Shown in pieces: positions 16,483 to 27,673 of a DNA stretch of 64,000 nucleotides. The DNA comes from Clostridia bacterium (GTDB lineage Bacteria > Bacillota > Clostridia > TANB77 > CAG-508): the NCBI GenBank assembly GCA_017625035.1, contig JAGALX010000014.1, positions 9,437-73,436 on the forward strand. Direction: 5' to 3'. Under the pieces are notes generated by a model. It was not told the origin of the DNA and searched no databases. It worked only from the letters and a program-made list of their open reading frames with translations. The translations under genes and the position numbers were made by a program. How positions within the stretch are numbered: position 1 is the stretch's first letter; each line of letters begins with the position of its first letter.

Positions 16483-17340
16483 TTATGATTCCCATCTTCC
16501 ATAAATTCCACAAGGTAATACTAAATTAGAGTTTTGCATAGGAATTCCTATTTCTCCATTACTAAATTTACCTTTTGAATGGATATTTAATTTTAATATA
16601 TTTTCTAATACTGCACTTGATATTCCTGTTGTGTATGAATTTATTAGAAAAAATAATGGTTTTTCTGTTAATACTTTTGAACATAGCTCTACTAAATCGT
16701 ATATATTTTCTTCAAATTTCCATACTTCTCCATTTGTTCCTCTTCCATAAGAAGGTGGATCCATTATTATTGCATCGTATTTATTTCCTCTTCTGATTTC
16801 TCTGTTAACAAATTTTACAACATCGTCTACAATGTATCTCACTTTTTTATCTTGTAAACCTGATGAAACTACATTTTCTTTTGCCCAAGAAACCATTCCT
16901 TTTGAACTATCTACATGACAAACAGATGCACCTGCAGATAAACACGCAACTGTTGCGCCACCTGTGTATGCGAATAAATTCAAAACTTTTATTTCTTTAT
17001 TTGCATTTTGAATTTTATTTATCATCCAATCCCAATTAACTGCTTGCTCTGGAAATAATCCTGTGTGCTTGAATCCCATTGGTTTTATATTAAAGCTTAA
17101 GTTTTTATATTTTACTTGCCAAGATTCTGGCATTTTTTTGTTGTATTTCCATTGACCTCCACCAGTATTGCTTCTTAAATATTCAGCATTTGCATTTTTC
17201 CATTTTTCTGGAAAAGATTTTTGTTTCCATATTATTTGTGGATCTGGTCTTACAAGTATAACATTATTCCATTTTTCTAATTTTTCACCATTTGCCATGT
17301 CTAAAATTTGATAATCGGTCCAATCATTTGCTAAATTCAT
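16483..17340 (-). CDS. Class I SAM-dependent (rRNA) methyltransferase, RlmI/RlmK-like
   Basis: Has LNLFAYTGGATVA (SAM motif I) and IIMDPPSYG. Confidence 0.75.
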   Translation of the reverse strand: MNLANDWTDYQILDMANGEKLEKWNNVILVRPDPQIIWKQKSFPEKWKNANAEYLRSNTGGGQWKYNKKMPESWQVKYKNLSFNIKPMGFKHTGLFPEQAVNWDWMINKIQNANKEIKVLNLFAYTGGATVACLSAGASVCHVDSSKGMVSWAKENVVSSGLQDKKVRYIVDDVVKFVNREIRRGNKYDAIIMDPPSYGRGTNGEVWKFEENIYDLVELCSKVLTEKPLFFLINSYTTGISSAVLENILKLNIHSKGKFSNGEIGIPMQNSNLVLPCGIYGRWES

Positions 17341-17352
17341 ACTTCTCTCCTT

Positions 17353-17535
17353 TTAAATATTTTTTATTATATCTATAAATTTTATTATTAATGCGTAATC
17401 TATTGTTATAACTATAGAGCTTAATATTACTATAAAAATAAAAATTTTATCATCATTATTTATTATTGATTTTTTTGAAGTTTTTTTCCAACTCTTTAGA
17501 TTTAATTTTTTAAACGAATTTATAATATAAGCCAT
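17353..17535 (-). CDS. Small membrane protein (60 aa), hypothetical
   Basis: Strong RBS AAGGGGGA and one TM helix. Confidence 0.4.
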   Translation of the reverse strand: MAYIINSFKKLNLKSWKKTSKKSIINNDDKIFIFIVILSSIVITIDYALIIKFIDIIKNI

Positions 17536-17674
17536 TTTATAATCCCCCTTAACTATATTATTATATTCAGGGGTTGTCCGAAATAGAACACCTTTTTATT
17601 ATAACATTTTTTAGGGATTTTTCAAGTGCCTTGAACTGCCTTGTCTATTAGAATAATAGTGGTGCAAAAGATAC

Positions 17675-17710
17675 AAAAATTGATTCACTTTGGTAAGTGA
17701 ATCAATTTTT
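17675..17710 (-). terminator. Terminator hairpin after the PPIase gene
   Basis: AAAAATTGATTCACT/AGTGAATCAATTTTT 15-bp stem. Confidence 0.55.
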
Positions 17711-17718
17711 CCTTCTAC

Positions 17719-18651
17719 TTAATTAGTATATGAGCTATATAATTTTGAATAAATTTCATTCATTACTTCCTCATAATTTATAACTTCTGGACTGCCATAA
17801 TCTACACCATAAGTTTCTACTGTTACACTTTTAATTATTGGTGCATTTACTGGCTCCGAATTTTCCCCAGTACTTGTAGAAGTTTTTGTTTTAATATTTG
17901 AAATGCCTTCTACATGCTCGTATCCTTCAATAACTTTTCCGAATGCTGTATAATATCCATTTAGAACATCCATAATGTCTCTATTTGTTGTATTTACTAT
18001 AAAAAATTGACTAGAGCCTGAATTATACCCTTGCTCTGGAAATCCATATGCAGAAAAGTCTGATCTTGCCATTCCTATTACACCTTGGTCAAATTTTAAA
18101 TCATTTTCAAAGTTATTAATAGAAAATTCTCCTTTTATAGAATATTGATAATCTTGCTCTGAATTTGGCTTAACAGATTTATTTAAATCACTTATTTTCG
18201 CAGAACCAGTTCCATTTCCAGCTGAATCTCCTCCTTGAATCATAAAATCGTTTACAACTCTGTGAAATGTTAGTCCATTATAAAATCCATTGTTAGCAAG
18301 TTTTATGAAATTTTTTACAGTATTTGGTGCACTATTTTTATATAATTCTATTTTTATTGTACCATTTTTTGTATTTCCACTTTTATCAACATATTCAACT
18401 TCCATTGTTGCTACTGGATTTTGAGCTGATACTTCTTCGCTGCCTATATTGTTGTTTTCGTTATTATTTTCTGTATTATTTTCAGCAATTGTAGTTTCAT
18501 TTTCAGCAACAATATTATTTTCATTAGTAGATTTGTTTTTATCTTGATTATCTTTTATATTACTAATAACAAAAAATCCAATAATTCCCCCTATTATAAA
18601 AATACCAACAATTATTGATACAATTAAAATTATTTTCTTATTTTTACTCAT
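17719..18651 (-). CDS. Membrane-anchored cyclophilin-type peptidyl-prolyl isomerase
   Basis: N-terminal TM helix, an N/E-rich linker, and FHRVVNDFMIQGGD with the cyclophilin core. Confidence 0.85.
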   Translation of the reverse strand: MSKNKKIILIVSIIVGIFIIGGIIGFFVISNIKDNQDKNKSTNENNIVAENETTIAENNTENNNENNNIGSEEVSAQNPVATMEVEYVDKSGNTKNGTIKIELYKNSAPNTVKNFIKLANNGFYNGLTFHRVVNDFMIQGGDSAGNGTGSAKISDLNKSVKPNSEQDYQYSIKGEFSINNFENDLKFDQGVIGMARSDFSAYGFPEQGYNSGSSQFFIVNTTNRDIMDVLNGYYTAFGKVIEGYEHVEGISNIKTKTSTSTGENSEPVNAPIIKSVTVETYGVDYGSPEVINYEEVMNEIYSKLYSSYTN

Positions 18652-18775
18652 TTGTTTTCCTCCTCAAAATTATTTTAAAATAAACTTAACAGAATTGCTT
18701 GTTTAAAATTAAATACACTATAACACACTAGTAATTATTATACAATAAAAATATATAAATAAAAACTAGTAAAAC

Positions 18776-18822
18776 GAAGAAATTGATTCATTTGAATAAG
18801 TCAAATCAATTTCTCCGTCCCC
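18776..18822 (-). terminator. Terminator-like hairpin after htpG, member of the GGGGACGGAGAAA repeat family
   Basis: The minus strand reads GGGGACGGAGAAATTGATTTGAC...GAATCAATTTCTTC directly after the stop codon. Confidence 0.45.
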
Positions 18823-18827
18823 TTATA

Positions 18828-20708
18828 TTATTTAGAAATCATTTCACAAATCAAGTTACTAATTTCTGTTGGATTATCTATATTTAAACCTTCTATTAAT
18901 TTAGCTTGAGCATATAATATTTTTGTGTATTTTTTCAATTCTTCTTTATCTGATTCATACAAACTTTTTAACTTATTTGCTATTGCATGATTTTCATTTA
19001 TTTCTAATAAAGTTTTTGCTTGTATTGTTTTGTTATTTGGAAGAGCATTTATTACTTTTTGCATTTCTACAGATATTGCGCCTTCTGTTGTTAAACAAAC
19101 TGGATGTTCTTTTAGTCTGTTTGTGAAACATACTTTTGCAACTTCTGGAATAGTTTCTTGCATTAAAGAAAGCATATCTTTGCATTCTTCGTTTAATTTT
19201 TCTAGTTTTTCTTTGTCTTCTTTGCTATCTAAATTTAAATTATTTGCTGAAACATTTGCAAATTCTTTTTCCTCGTAATTTATTAATACTTGAAGTACAA
19301 ATTCATCTATTTCATCGGTTAAATATAAAATTTCATATTCTTTATCTTTAACACCTTCTACTTGTGGTAACATATCTATTTTATTTACTGTTTCACCACA
19401 TGCATAGTAAATTTTATCTTGTCCTTCTTTCATTCTTGTTACATATTCTTTTAGTGTAACTAATTTTTTTTCTGTTGATGAATAGAACATTAATAAATCT
19501 TTTAGTTTATCTTTGTCTATTCCAAAGTTGTTGTATACTCCAAATTTTAATTGTATTCCAAATGTTTTGAAGAATTTTTCGTATTCTTCACGATTTTTAT
19601 TTAGCATATCTTCTAGCTCTGATTTTATTTTCTTTTCGATATTTTTTGCTATTGTTTTTAATTGTCTGTCTTGTTGTAAAATTTCTCTTGATATATTTAA
19701 AGATAAATCTGGACTATCTACTAAGCCTTTTACAAAGCTGAAATAATCTGGTAAAAGGTCTTTGCATTTTTCCATTATTAGTACACCATTTGAGTATAAT
19801 TGTAATCCTTTTTCGAATTCTTTTGTATAATAATTATATGGAACATTTGATGGAATATATAATAATAAATCGTAATTTAAAGTTCCTTCAACTGTGCTTC
19901 TAATCACTTTTATAGGCGTTTCGAATTCACCAAATTTTGAAGTGTAAAAACTGTTAAATTCTTCATCTGTTACTTCAGATTTTTTCTTTTTCCAAATTGG
20001 AATCATGCTATTTAAAGTTTCTGTTATTGTTTTTTCTTCATATTCATCTTTAGAGCCTTGTTTTAGCTCTTTTTTTGTTACATCCATTTTTATTGGATAT
20101 CTTATATAATCTGAATATCTTTTTACAATTCCTTTTATTCTGTATTCATCTAAAAATTCGCTATATTTTTCTTCCTCTGAATCTTCTTTTATATGTAATA
20201 TTATAGTTGTTCCGAAGTCTTCTTTTGTTGTTTCTTCTATTGTATAGCCTTCTGCTCCTTTTGATTTCCATATGTATGCTTTTTCTGCTCCATATGGTTT
20301 ACTTATTACTTCCACTTCTTTGCTGACCATAAATGCAGAATAAAATCCAACTCCAAATTGACCTATTATATTGACATCATCTTTTTTTTCATTTTCATTT
20401 TTGAATGCAAATGATCCACTTTGTGCTATTGTTCCTAAGTTGTTTTCTAGCTCCTCAGCATTCATTCCTATTCCTTTGTCTTCGATTGTAAGTGTTCGTT
20501 TTTGTTTGTCTGCATTTATTTTTATTGTTAAATTATCTTTATTTATGTTTATATTTTTATCTGTTAAAGAGTTATAATATAGTTTGTCCATTGCATCACT
20601 TGCATTTGAAATTAGCTCTCGTAAAAATATTTCTTTGTTTGTATAAATTGAATTAATCATTAAATCTAATAGTCTTTTTGACTCTGCTTTAAATTGTTTT
20701 GTTTCCAT
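18828..20708 (-). CDS. htpG: Molecular chaperone HtpG (Hsp90)
   Basis: METKQFKAESKRLLDLMINSIYTNKEIFLRELISNASDA and GQFGVGFYS. The ATG at 20708 is preferred over the ORF-track start. Confidence 0.95.
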   Translation of the reverse strand: METKQFKAESKRLLDLMINSIYTNKEIFLRELISNASDAMDKLYYNSLTDKNININKDNLTIKINADKQKRTLTIEDKGIGMNAEELENNLGTIAQSGSFAFKNENEKKDDVNIIGQFGVGFYSAFMVSKEVEVISKPYGAEKAYIWKSKGAEGYTIEETTKEDFGTTIILHIKEDSEEEKYSEFLDEYRIKGIVKRYSDYIRYPIKMDVTKKELKQGSKDEYEEKTITETLNSMIPIWKKKKSEVTDEEFNSFYTSKFGEFETPIKVIRSTVEGTLNYDLLLYIPSNVPYNYYTKEFEKGLQLYSNGVLIMEKCKDLLPDYFSFVKGLVDSPDLSLNISREILQQDRQLKTIAKNIEKKIKSELEDMLNKNREEYEKFFKTFGIQLKFGVYNNFGIDKDKLKDLLMFYSSTEKKLVTLKEYVTRMKEGQDKIYYACGETVNKIDMLPQVEGVKDKEYEILYLTDEIDEFVLQVLINYEEKEFANVSANNLNLDSKEDKEKLEKLNEECKDMLSLMQETIPEVAKVCFTNRLKEHPVCLTTEGAISVEMQKVINALPNNKTIQAKTLLEINENHAIANKLKSLYESDKEELKKYTKILYAQAKLIEGLNIDNPTEISNLICEMISK

Positions 20709-20873
20709 ATTGTACACATATAATCCAATTATCAAAATTTAGATATTTGAATTATTCTCCTTTCGTTTTTAATTTTTATAATATATTTAGCACTGAGGTT
20801 TCATTTCTTTTGCCTTATTTATATAATATATAAATAATATTCTTCGCTATGTTTGGTATAATATACCCATTTT

Positions 20874-20900
20874 TTAGCAAAGTCAATACTAGAGTGCTAA
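20874..20900. promoter_or_regulatory. CIRCE-like inverted repeat (HrcA operator) overlapping a minus-strand TTGACT-N17-TATTAT promoter upstream of htpG
   Basis: TTAGCAAAG-N9-GAGTGCTAA against the consensus TTAGCACTC-N9-GAGTGCTAA. A second half-site TTAGCACTGAG lies near 20797. Confidence 0.45.
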
Positions 20901-21008
20901 TTCACAAAAAGTTCACATTTATATAGATATTTACTCACATTAACTATTGCCAAAAGCTTGTTTTATGTGATATATTAATACATATTGATTTTAAGGAGAT
21001 GCATTATT

Positions 21009-22394
21009 ATGGAATTAATAAAAGATTTATATTCAAATATTGATGCTTATGCAGATAAAGAAATTACTGTAGAAGGATGGGTAAAAACTGTTCGTGACTC
21101 AAAAACATTTGGTTTTATCGAATTAAATGATGGAACATTTTTTAAAAATATACAAATTGTTTTTGAAAATTCATTAGAAAACTTTGCAGAAGTATGTAAA
21201 TTACCTATTAGTTCAACAATAGCTGTTACTGGTAAATTTATAAAAACAGAAGGTGCAAAACAACCATTTGAAATAAAAGCTACAAAAATAAATATAGAAT
21301 TTGCAGCAGATTTAGACTATCCACTTCAAAAGAAAAGACATTCTTTTGAATATTTAAGAACTATTGCACATTTAAGACCAAGAACAAATACTTTTAATGC
21401 AGTATTCAGAGTTCGTTCTGTTTTATCTTATGCAATACACAAATTCTTCCAAGAAAGAGGATTTGTATATGTTCACACACCAATAATAACATCTAGTGAT
21501 TGTGAAGGTGCAGGAGAAATGTTTAACTTAACTACATTTGATTTAAACAATGTACCAAAAACTGAAGAAGGAGAAGTAAATTATTCAGAAGACTTTTTCG
21601 GAAAACCAGCTCATCTTACTGTAAGTGGGCAATTAAGTGTTGAAACATATGCTCATGCATTCAGAAATGTATATACTTTTGGACCAACATTTAGATCTGA
21701 AAATTCAAACACAGTAAAACATGCTTCTGAATTTTGGATGATTGAACCAGAAATATGTTTTGCTGATTTAAAAGATGATATGGATTTAGCAGAAGATATG
21801 GTAAAATTTATTATTAAATATGTTTTGGATAATTGTCCTGAAGAAATGGAATTTTTCAATAACTTTGTAGACAAAGGATTATTCGAAAAATTAAATAATG
21901 TATTAAATTCAGATTTTGCTAGAATCAGCTATACAGATGCAATAAAAGAATTAGAAAAAAATAACGACAAATTTGAATTTCCTGTTGAATGGGGAACAGA
22001 TTTACAAACAGAGCATGAAAGATATTTATGCGAAGTTGTATTTAAAAAACCTGTATTTGTTACAGATTATCCAGCTGAAATAAAAGCATTTTATATGAAA
22101 CTAAACCCAGATGGAAAAACTGTTGCAGCAGCAGATTTACTAGCTCCTGGAATTGGAGAAATAATTGGTGGAAGCCAAAGAGAAGACAATTTAGAAATAT
22201 TACAAAATAAAATAAAAGATCTTGGAATGAATGAAGAAGATTATTGGTGGTATTTAGATTTAAGAAAATATGGAAGCACAAAACATGCAGGATTTGGTTT
22301 AGGGTTTGAAAGAATGATGATGTATTTAACAGGAATGCAAAATATTCGTGATGTTATACCTTTCCCTAGAACTCCAAAAAATTGCGAATTTTAA
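21009..22394 (+). CDS. asnS: Asparagine--tRNA ligase
   Basis: [21 protein letters not shown] and GFGLGFERM class II motifs. The ATG at 21009 follows AAGGAGA. Confidence 0.95.
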   Translation: MELIKDLYSNIDAYADKEITVEGWVKTVRDSKTFGFIELNDGTFFKNIQIVFENSLENFAEVCKLPISSTIAVTGKFIKTEGAKQPFEIKATKINIEFAADLDYPLQKKRHSFEYLRTIAHLRPRTNTFNAVFRVRSVLSYAIHKFFQERGFVYVHTPIITSSDCEGAGEMFNLTTFDLNNVPKTEEGEVNYSEDFFGKPAHLTVSGQLSVETYAHAFRNVYTFGPTFRSENSNTVKHASEFWMIEPEICFADLKDDMDLAEDMVKFIIKYVLDNCPEEMEFFNNFVDKGLFEKLNNVLNSDFARISYTDAIKELEKNNDKFEFPVEWGTDLQTEHERYLCEVVFKKPVFVTDYPAEIKAFYMKLNPDGKTVAAADLLAPGIGEIIGGSQREDNLEILQNKIKDLGMNEEDYWWYLDLRKYGSTKHAGFGLGFERMMMYLTGMQNIRDVIPFPRTPKNCEF

Positions 22395-22494
22395 AATATT
22401 TAACCGGTGTAAATTTTTAATGAAATCCTTGATTAAATTGTTAGTTCTTATTATTATTTATATTCTTATAAATGATAAAGACTAACAAGCACCA

Positions 22495-22532
22495 CAAAAA
22501 AGACTAGGACTTGCACTCCTAGTCTTTTTTTG
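22495..22532. terminator. Bidirectional terminator between asnS and adhE
   Basis: AAAAAAGACTAGGA-CTTGCAC-TCCTAGTCTTTTTT. Confidence 0.7.
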
Positions 22533-22664
22533 TGTAAATTTCTTTGAAATCCTTGTTTGCTTAAGCTATAAGCATTATAACACCAATACTAATATATATC
22601 AAATAATTAGCTCTTATTCATTTATTTTTCCATAATATCAATTATTTATAAAGTTATTTTATTC

Positions 22665-25274
22665 CTATTCTCTTTCCCCATAATAAGCTTGAAGCATAAT
22701 TTCTTTTATTTCATGAACTAATGGTAATCTTGGGTTTGCAGTTGTACATTGATCTTCAAATGCCATTTCTGCTAATTTATCAACTTTTGATAAGAATTCT
22801 TGTTCATCAATTCCAGCTTCTTTTAATGTTTTTGGAATTCCTAAATCCTTGCTTAGAGTTTTTACTGCTTCTATTAAAGATTCTACACCTTGCTCTGTTG
22901 TTTTAGCTTTTAATCCTAAACGTCTTGCAATTTCAGCATATTTTTCATCTGCTATAAAATATTCATATTTAGGGAATGAAACAAATTTAGTTGGTTTTGT
23001 TGCATTATATCTTATTACATAAGGAAGTATTATTGCATTTGCTCTTCCATGTGGCAGATGGAACTCTCCTCCTAATTTATGTGCTATTGAGTGGTTTACT
23101 CCTAAGAAAGCATTTGAGAAAGCCATACCTGCTATACAGCTTGCATTATGCATTCTTTCTCTTGCATATTGATTACTTCCATTATCATAAGCTTCTTTTA
23201 AGTTCTTAAATACAAGTTCAATTGCTTTTTCAGCAAGTCCATCTGTAAAATCAGATGCCATGTTTGATACATATGCTTCTATAGCATGTGTTAATACGTC
23301 CATACCTGTATCTGCTGTAATACTTTTTGGTAAACTTGACACTAAATCTGGATCTATAATTGCAATATCTGGTGTTAATTCATAATCTGCTAAAGGATAT
23401 TTTTTATTTTGTTTTTTATCTGTTATAACAGCAAAAGATGTAACTTCTGATCCTGTTCCAGATGTTGTTGGTATACATACCATTTTTGCTTTTTCACCTA
23501 ATTTAGGGAATTTGTAAGTACGTTTACGTATATCCATAAATTTAAGTTTTAATCCTTCTGCATCTGCTTCTGGGTGCTCATAGAATAGCCACATACCTTT
23601 TGCAGCATCCATTGCACTTCCTCCACCTATTGCAATAATTACATCTGGTTTAAATGAATTCATCATTTCAACACCTTTATTTATTGTGTCAAAAGATGGA
23701 TCTGGTTCAACTTCTGCAAATATTTCTGAATGAACATATTCTTGTCTTTTTCTTAAATGATATAAGATTTTATCAACATAACCAAGTTTTACCATACCTG
23801 GGTCTGTTACTATAAATGCTCTTGATATATCACGCATTTTTTCTAAGTATCCTATTGACCCTGATTCAAAGTATATTTTTTCTGGAACTTTAAACCATTG
23901 CATATTAACCCTCCTTTTTGCAACTCTTTTTATATTTATTAAATTAACTGATGATACGTTTGCTGTTGTAGAATTTCCTCCAAAAGTTCCACATCCAAGT
24001 GTAAGTGATGGCATATTTGTGTTATAAATATCTCCTATTGCACCATGTGTTGATGGAGAATTTACAATTATTCTTCCTGCTTTTACTGTTTCAGAGAATT
24101 TTCTTATAACATCTCTATCTTCTGAATGAATAACAGCAGAGTGTCCCATTCCACCAAATTCTATAAGTTTTTCTGCTAGTTCAATGCCTTCATTTGCATT
24201 ATCTACTACATAATAAGCAAGTACTGGACTTAGTTTTTCTTTTGAGAATGGATATTCAACTCCCACTCCATTTTCTTTTAGAACTAGTACTTTTGTATCT
24301 TCTGGTACTTCAATTCCAGCCATTTTTGCAATATTATAAGGACTTTTTCCTACTATATCTGCATTTAAAGCGCATCCTTTTTCTTCTATGAACATACTAC
24401 CTTTTAATTTTTTAGTATCTTCTGCACTTAAGAAATAGCATCCTGCTTCTTCCATTAATGTTTCAAATTCTTTTTGAATTTCTTTATCAACTATAACAGA
24501 TTGTTCTGATGCACAAATCATTCCATTGTCAAAAGATTTTGACATTACTAGGTCATTTACTGAAGTTTTTAATTTTGCTGTTTTATCTATATAACAAGGC
24601 ACATTACCTGGTCCAACTCCTAGTGCTGGTTTTCCTGATGAATATGCAGCTTTTACCATTCCTGTTCCACCAGTTGCTAAAATTAAATTTACATCTGGAT
24701 GATGCATTAGCATACTAGTTGCAGTTATTGATGGTTCTTCTATCCATAATATACAATCTTCTGGTGCACCTGCTTTTATTGCTGCATCTCTTACAATTTT
24801 GGCAGCAGCAACACTACATTTTTGTGCAGATGGATGGAATCCAAATATTATAACATTTCTCGTTTTGGCAGAAATAATAGATTTAAACATAGTTGTAGAA
24901 GTTGGGTTTGTTACTGGTGTTACACCAGCAATAATTCCAATAGGTTCTGCAATTTCTTCATAACCTTCTTCTTCATTTTCGTTTATAACTCCTACTGTTT
25001 TTGCATATTTAATACTATGATAAACATACTCTGTTGCAAACATATTTTTTGTTATTTTATCTTCATAAATTCCTCTTCCAGTTTCTTGGGTTGCCATTTT
25101 TGCTAGTTCCATATGATGCTCAAGTCCTGCCATTGACATAGCTTTTATTATATTATTTACTTGATGTTGGTCAAGTTTTAAATATTGTTCTGATGCTTTT
25201 TTTGCTCTTTCTACTAAGCTATCAATCATCATTTTTATTTTTTCTTCCTCATTAACACTAACTTCTTTTGACAT
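22665..25274 (-). CDS. adhE: Bifunctional acetaldehyde-CoA/alcohol dehydrogenase AdhE
   Basis: 869 aa with an N-terminal ALDH domain and a C-terminal iron-containing ADH domain ([10 protein letters not shown]). Confidence 0.95.
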   Translation of the reverse strand: MSKEVSVNEEEKIKMMIDSLVERAKKASEQYLKLDQHQVNNIIKAMSMAGLEHHMELAKMATQETGRGIYEDKITKNMFATEYVYHSIKYAKTVGVINENEEEGYEEIAEPIGIIAGVTPVTNPTSTTMFKSIISAKTRNVIIFGFHPSAQKCSVAAAKIVRDAAIKAGAPEDCILWIEEPSITATSMLMHHPDVNLILATGGTGMVKAAYSSGKPALGVGPGNVPCYIDKTAKLKTSVNDLVMSKSFDNGMICASEQSVIVDKEIQKEFETLMEEAGCYFLSAEDTKKLKGSMFIEEKGCALNADIVGKSPYNIAKMAGIEVPEDTKVLVLKENGVGVEYPFSKEKLSPVLAYYVVDNANEGIELAEKLIEFGGMGHSAVIHSEDRDVIRKFSETVKAGRIIVNSPSTHGAIGDIYNTNMPSLTLGCGTFGGNSTTANVSSVNLINIKRVAKRRVNMQWFKVPEKIYFESGSIGYLEKMRDISRAFIVTDPGMVKLGYVDKILYHLRKRQEYVHSEIFAEVEPDPSFDTINKGVEMMNSFKPDVIIAIGGGSAMDAAKGMWLFYEHPEADAEGLKLKFMDIRKRTYKFPKLGEKAKMVCIPTTSGTGSEVTSFAVITDKKQNKKYPLADYELTPDIAIIDPDLVSSLPKSITADTGMDVLTHAIEAYVSNMASDFTDGLAEKAIELVFKNLKEAYDNGSNQYARERMHNASCIAGMAFSNAFLGVNHSIAHKLGGEFHLPHGRANAIILPYVIRYNATKPTKFVSFPKYEYFIADEKYAEIARRLGLKAKTTEQGVESLIEAVKTLSKDLGIPKTLKEAGIDEQEFLSKVDKLAEMAFEDQCTTANPRLPLVHEIKEIMLQAYYGERE

Positions 25275-25394
25275 GAAAGCCCTCCTTTATCTATCATATT
25301 TTGTACGATTATATTAATAAAAAACTTAAAAGTCAACAATAAATCATCGACAAGTTTTCTTAAATTTTTATGCTAAAAGCTATAGAATATGATG

Positions 25395-25458
25395 AATTAG
25401 GGACGCGTCAAAAATGCATCTTCATAAATATAATGCATTTTTGACACGTCCCCTAATT
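25395..25458. repeat. Imperfect 25-bp inverted repeat of the GGGACGCGTCAAAAATGCAT motif family
   Basis: AATTAGGGACGCGTCAAAAATGCAT (25395-25419) pairs with ATGCATTTTTGACACGTCCCCTAATT (25433-25458). Confidence 0.7.
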
Positions 25459-25502
25459 AAAACAATAACACATCGACAATTCAACATAAAAAAACCAAAT
25501 GT

Positions 25503-26174
25503 TCATCCCTCAATCATATTATATAACTTCAGCTTTTGCTCAATCCTTTTCGATTCTTTTACTTTTAGTACTATCAAATAAAAAATAATAAACACTAATC
25601 CAAGATTTTGTACATATAAAATAAGCAAACTACTTGAAAATAACAGTAGTATAAAAGTTATAGTAGAAATTTTTTCTGTGTAAATATAAGATTTTTTCAA
25701 TCCTTTAAGTATGCAAATTGTGCTTTTTAATATTCTTCCCCCATCTAATGGATAAATTGGAATCATATTAACAAATGCCAAAATTAAATTTATGTATATT
25801 AATTCAATCTTTAAATTTTCATATATATTTAAATATAAAATTACCACTGCAAGTAAAAGATTCACAATTGGACCACATAAATATATAAAATTTTTTTTCA
25901 GCTCCAAAACATTAGATTTTAATATTTTTTTATTATAATCTTCAATCGGATTATTAAATGAAACAGAAAAACCTATTGGTTTTATTTCAAAAATAGTTGG
26001 TTTAAATCCTAATATTAAACCCATAATCAAGTGCGCTAATTCATGTATACATGCAAATATCATTAGTAATATGTATATTTTTAATTGATTCGTTAAAAAA
26101 AATATTAATACAAATATTAATATTTTTAAATCTATTTTTATTTGCATATCATTACTTATTCTCCTTTTTTTCAA
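25503..26174 (-). CDS. M50-family site-2 metalloprotease (SpoIVFB-like, no obvious CBS domain)
   Basis: HELAHLIMG (HExxH) and NMIPIYPLDGGRIL motifs in a polytopic membrane protein. The TTG start overlaps the upstream stop (TTGA). Confidence 0.7.
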   Translation of the reverse strand: MKKRRISNDMQIKIDLKILIFVLIFFLTNQLKIYILLMIFACIHELAHLIMGLILGFKPTIFEIKPIGFSVSFNNPIEDYNKKILKSNVLELKKNFIYLCGPIVNLLLAVVILYLNIYENLKIELIYINLILAFVNMIPIYPLDGGRILKSTICILKGLKKSYIYTEKISTITFILLLFSSSLLILYVQNLGLVFIIFYLIVLKVKESKRIEQKLKLYNMIEG

Positions 26175-27262
26175 AATTGCAATAAGTATTCTGGATTGAT
26201 TGCTCTATTTTCTCTTCTTATTTCGAAATGTAAATGCGGTCCTGTTGCCTTTCCTGTTGAACCAACTTTGGCAATTTCATCTCCTTGATTTATTTTATCT
26301 CCTTCTTTTACTAACAATTCACTACAGTGTGCATAAATTAGTGTAATATCACCATTTGCAACTTTTAAGTGTAATCCAAAATCCCCTTTTGAAGAAGCTT
26401 CTATAACTGTTCCTTCCATTGCTCCAATTATAGTAGTTCCAGTAGTAGCTCCTAAATCTATTCCCTTATGATTTGCTGATACAATTTCACTTGAATCTCT
26501 TACACCAAATCTTGATGTAACAATTCCTTTACTTAGTGGATTTATAATATTAAAATTTGTTTTAATATATTCTGCATCAACTTTCATTTGCTCTTCTTCT
26601 GTAAGAACATTGCTAGTTTGCTCAGCTATATCTTCTGTGCTTCCTCCAATTCCCATACTTAGTTCTTCGCTCTGCTTTTGTAGCTCTTCTTCTGTTGTTT
26701 GATTTTCTGAATTATTATTTTCTTGCTTAGTCAGTTGTGAATTTGCTTCAGATGTATTTTCTGCGGAAGTTTCTCCATTACCTGTATTATTGCTTTGATT
26801 AAGGGAATCTTCATTGCTATCACTATTATTTGGGTCATAAACTCCTCCATTATTATTAGTAGTAGACCCACTATTATTAGGGTCGCCATTACTTTGCTTT
26901 GAAGCTTCACCATTATTGTTTTGTGAATTATTAGATTTTCTATTTGCATTATTTAAATTCAAACTTTCATATTTTTTACACAATTCTTGATATATTTTTT
27001 TAAAATCTACATCATATTCTAATATACTATTTACATTAGCCACAAATCCTTTTAAATTTTCATTTTTTGAATTTTTTACATAATATATTCCACAATATAT
27101 TAATAAACAAATTAGAATTTGTATTAGCATATTTCTTATTTTTGTATTATTTTTTTCTTTTACAAAATTTTGACTAGAAATTCTTAAATCTGTATTTCTT
27201 CGCCTTTCTAGTATATCCTCGGCTCTTCTTATACGTTCCTCTTCACTAATCAATCTATCCAT
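26171..27262 (-). CDS. Membrane-anchored M23/LytM peptidase
   Basis: One TM helix, an N/S/Q-rich linker, then HKGIDL ... HLHFEI catalytic motifs. Confidence 0.8.
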   Translation of the reverse strand: MDRLISEEERIRRAEDILERRRNTDLRISSQNFVKEKNNTKIRNMLIQILICLLIYCGIYYVKNSKNENLKGFVANVNSILEYDVDFKKIYQELCKKYESLNLNNANRKSNNSQNNNGEASKQSNGDPNNSGSTTNNNGGVYDPNNSDSNEDSLNQSNNTGNGETSAENTSEANSQLTKQENNNSENQTTEEELQKQSEELSMGIGGSTEDIAEQTSNVLTEEEQMKVDAEYIKTNFNIINPLSKGIVTSRFGVRDSSEIVSANHKGIDLGATTGTTIIGAMEGTVIEASSKGDFGLHLKVANGDITLIYAHCSELLVKEGDKINQGDEIAKVGSTGKATGPHLHFEIRRENRAINPEYLLQF

Positions 27263-27320
27263 ATTAATAGCATCATTCCTTATCTTAAAAGTATCTTACT
27301 ATTAATATATATGCCTATTT

Positions 27321-27623
27321 TTAAAATATAATACTTACTATTAATAAGAATCCTAATATTATATTTGTAAGTTTTAGTCTTTTATTTTTCTTTTTAATAT
27401 CACTATCATCAGATTCAGAGTTTTTTAAATAATCAGAAATAATTAGTTCAGCTTCTTTTATTACATAATTTTGATTATCTTTGTTTTTTTCATTCTCATT
27501 TTTAAATTTATTTGTATATTCATATTTTTTAGCCTTTTTATTATCTTTAAATATAATAATCGCTTCCTCTATTGTATTAGATGGTACATCCTTTAATCTT
27601 ATAATATTTCTCATATTCCCCAT
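27321..27623 (-). CDS. Hypothetical tail-anchored small protein
   Basis: 100-aa ORF with a C-terminal TM helix. Confidence 0.35.
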   Translation of the reverse strand: MGNMRNIIRLKDVPSNTIEEAIIIFKDNKKAKKYEYTNKFKNENEKNKDNQNYVIKEAELIISDYLKNSESDDSDIKKKNKRLKLTNIILGFLLIVSIIF

Positions 27624-27673
27624 ACCTATATACCTCCTAAAATTTATATATAGATATTTTTTCCATTTTTTGG

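Noticed and set aside
20709-21008. T-box or other riboswitch leader for asnS
   Set aside because: I found no T-box consensus (AATTAGGGTGGTACCGCG-like), specifier loop or terminator/antiterminator pair. The region is better explained by divergent promoters and a CIRCE-like site.
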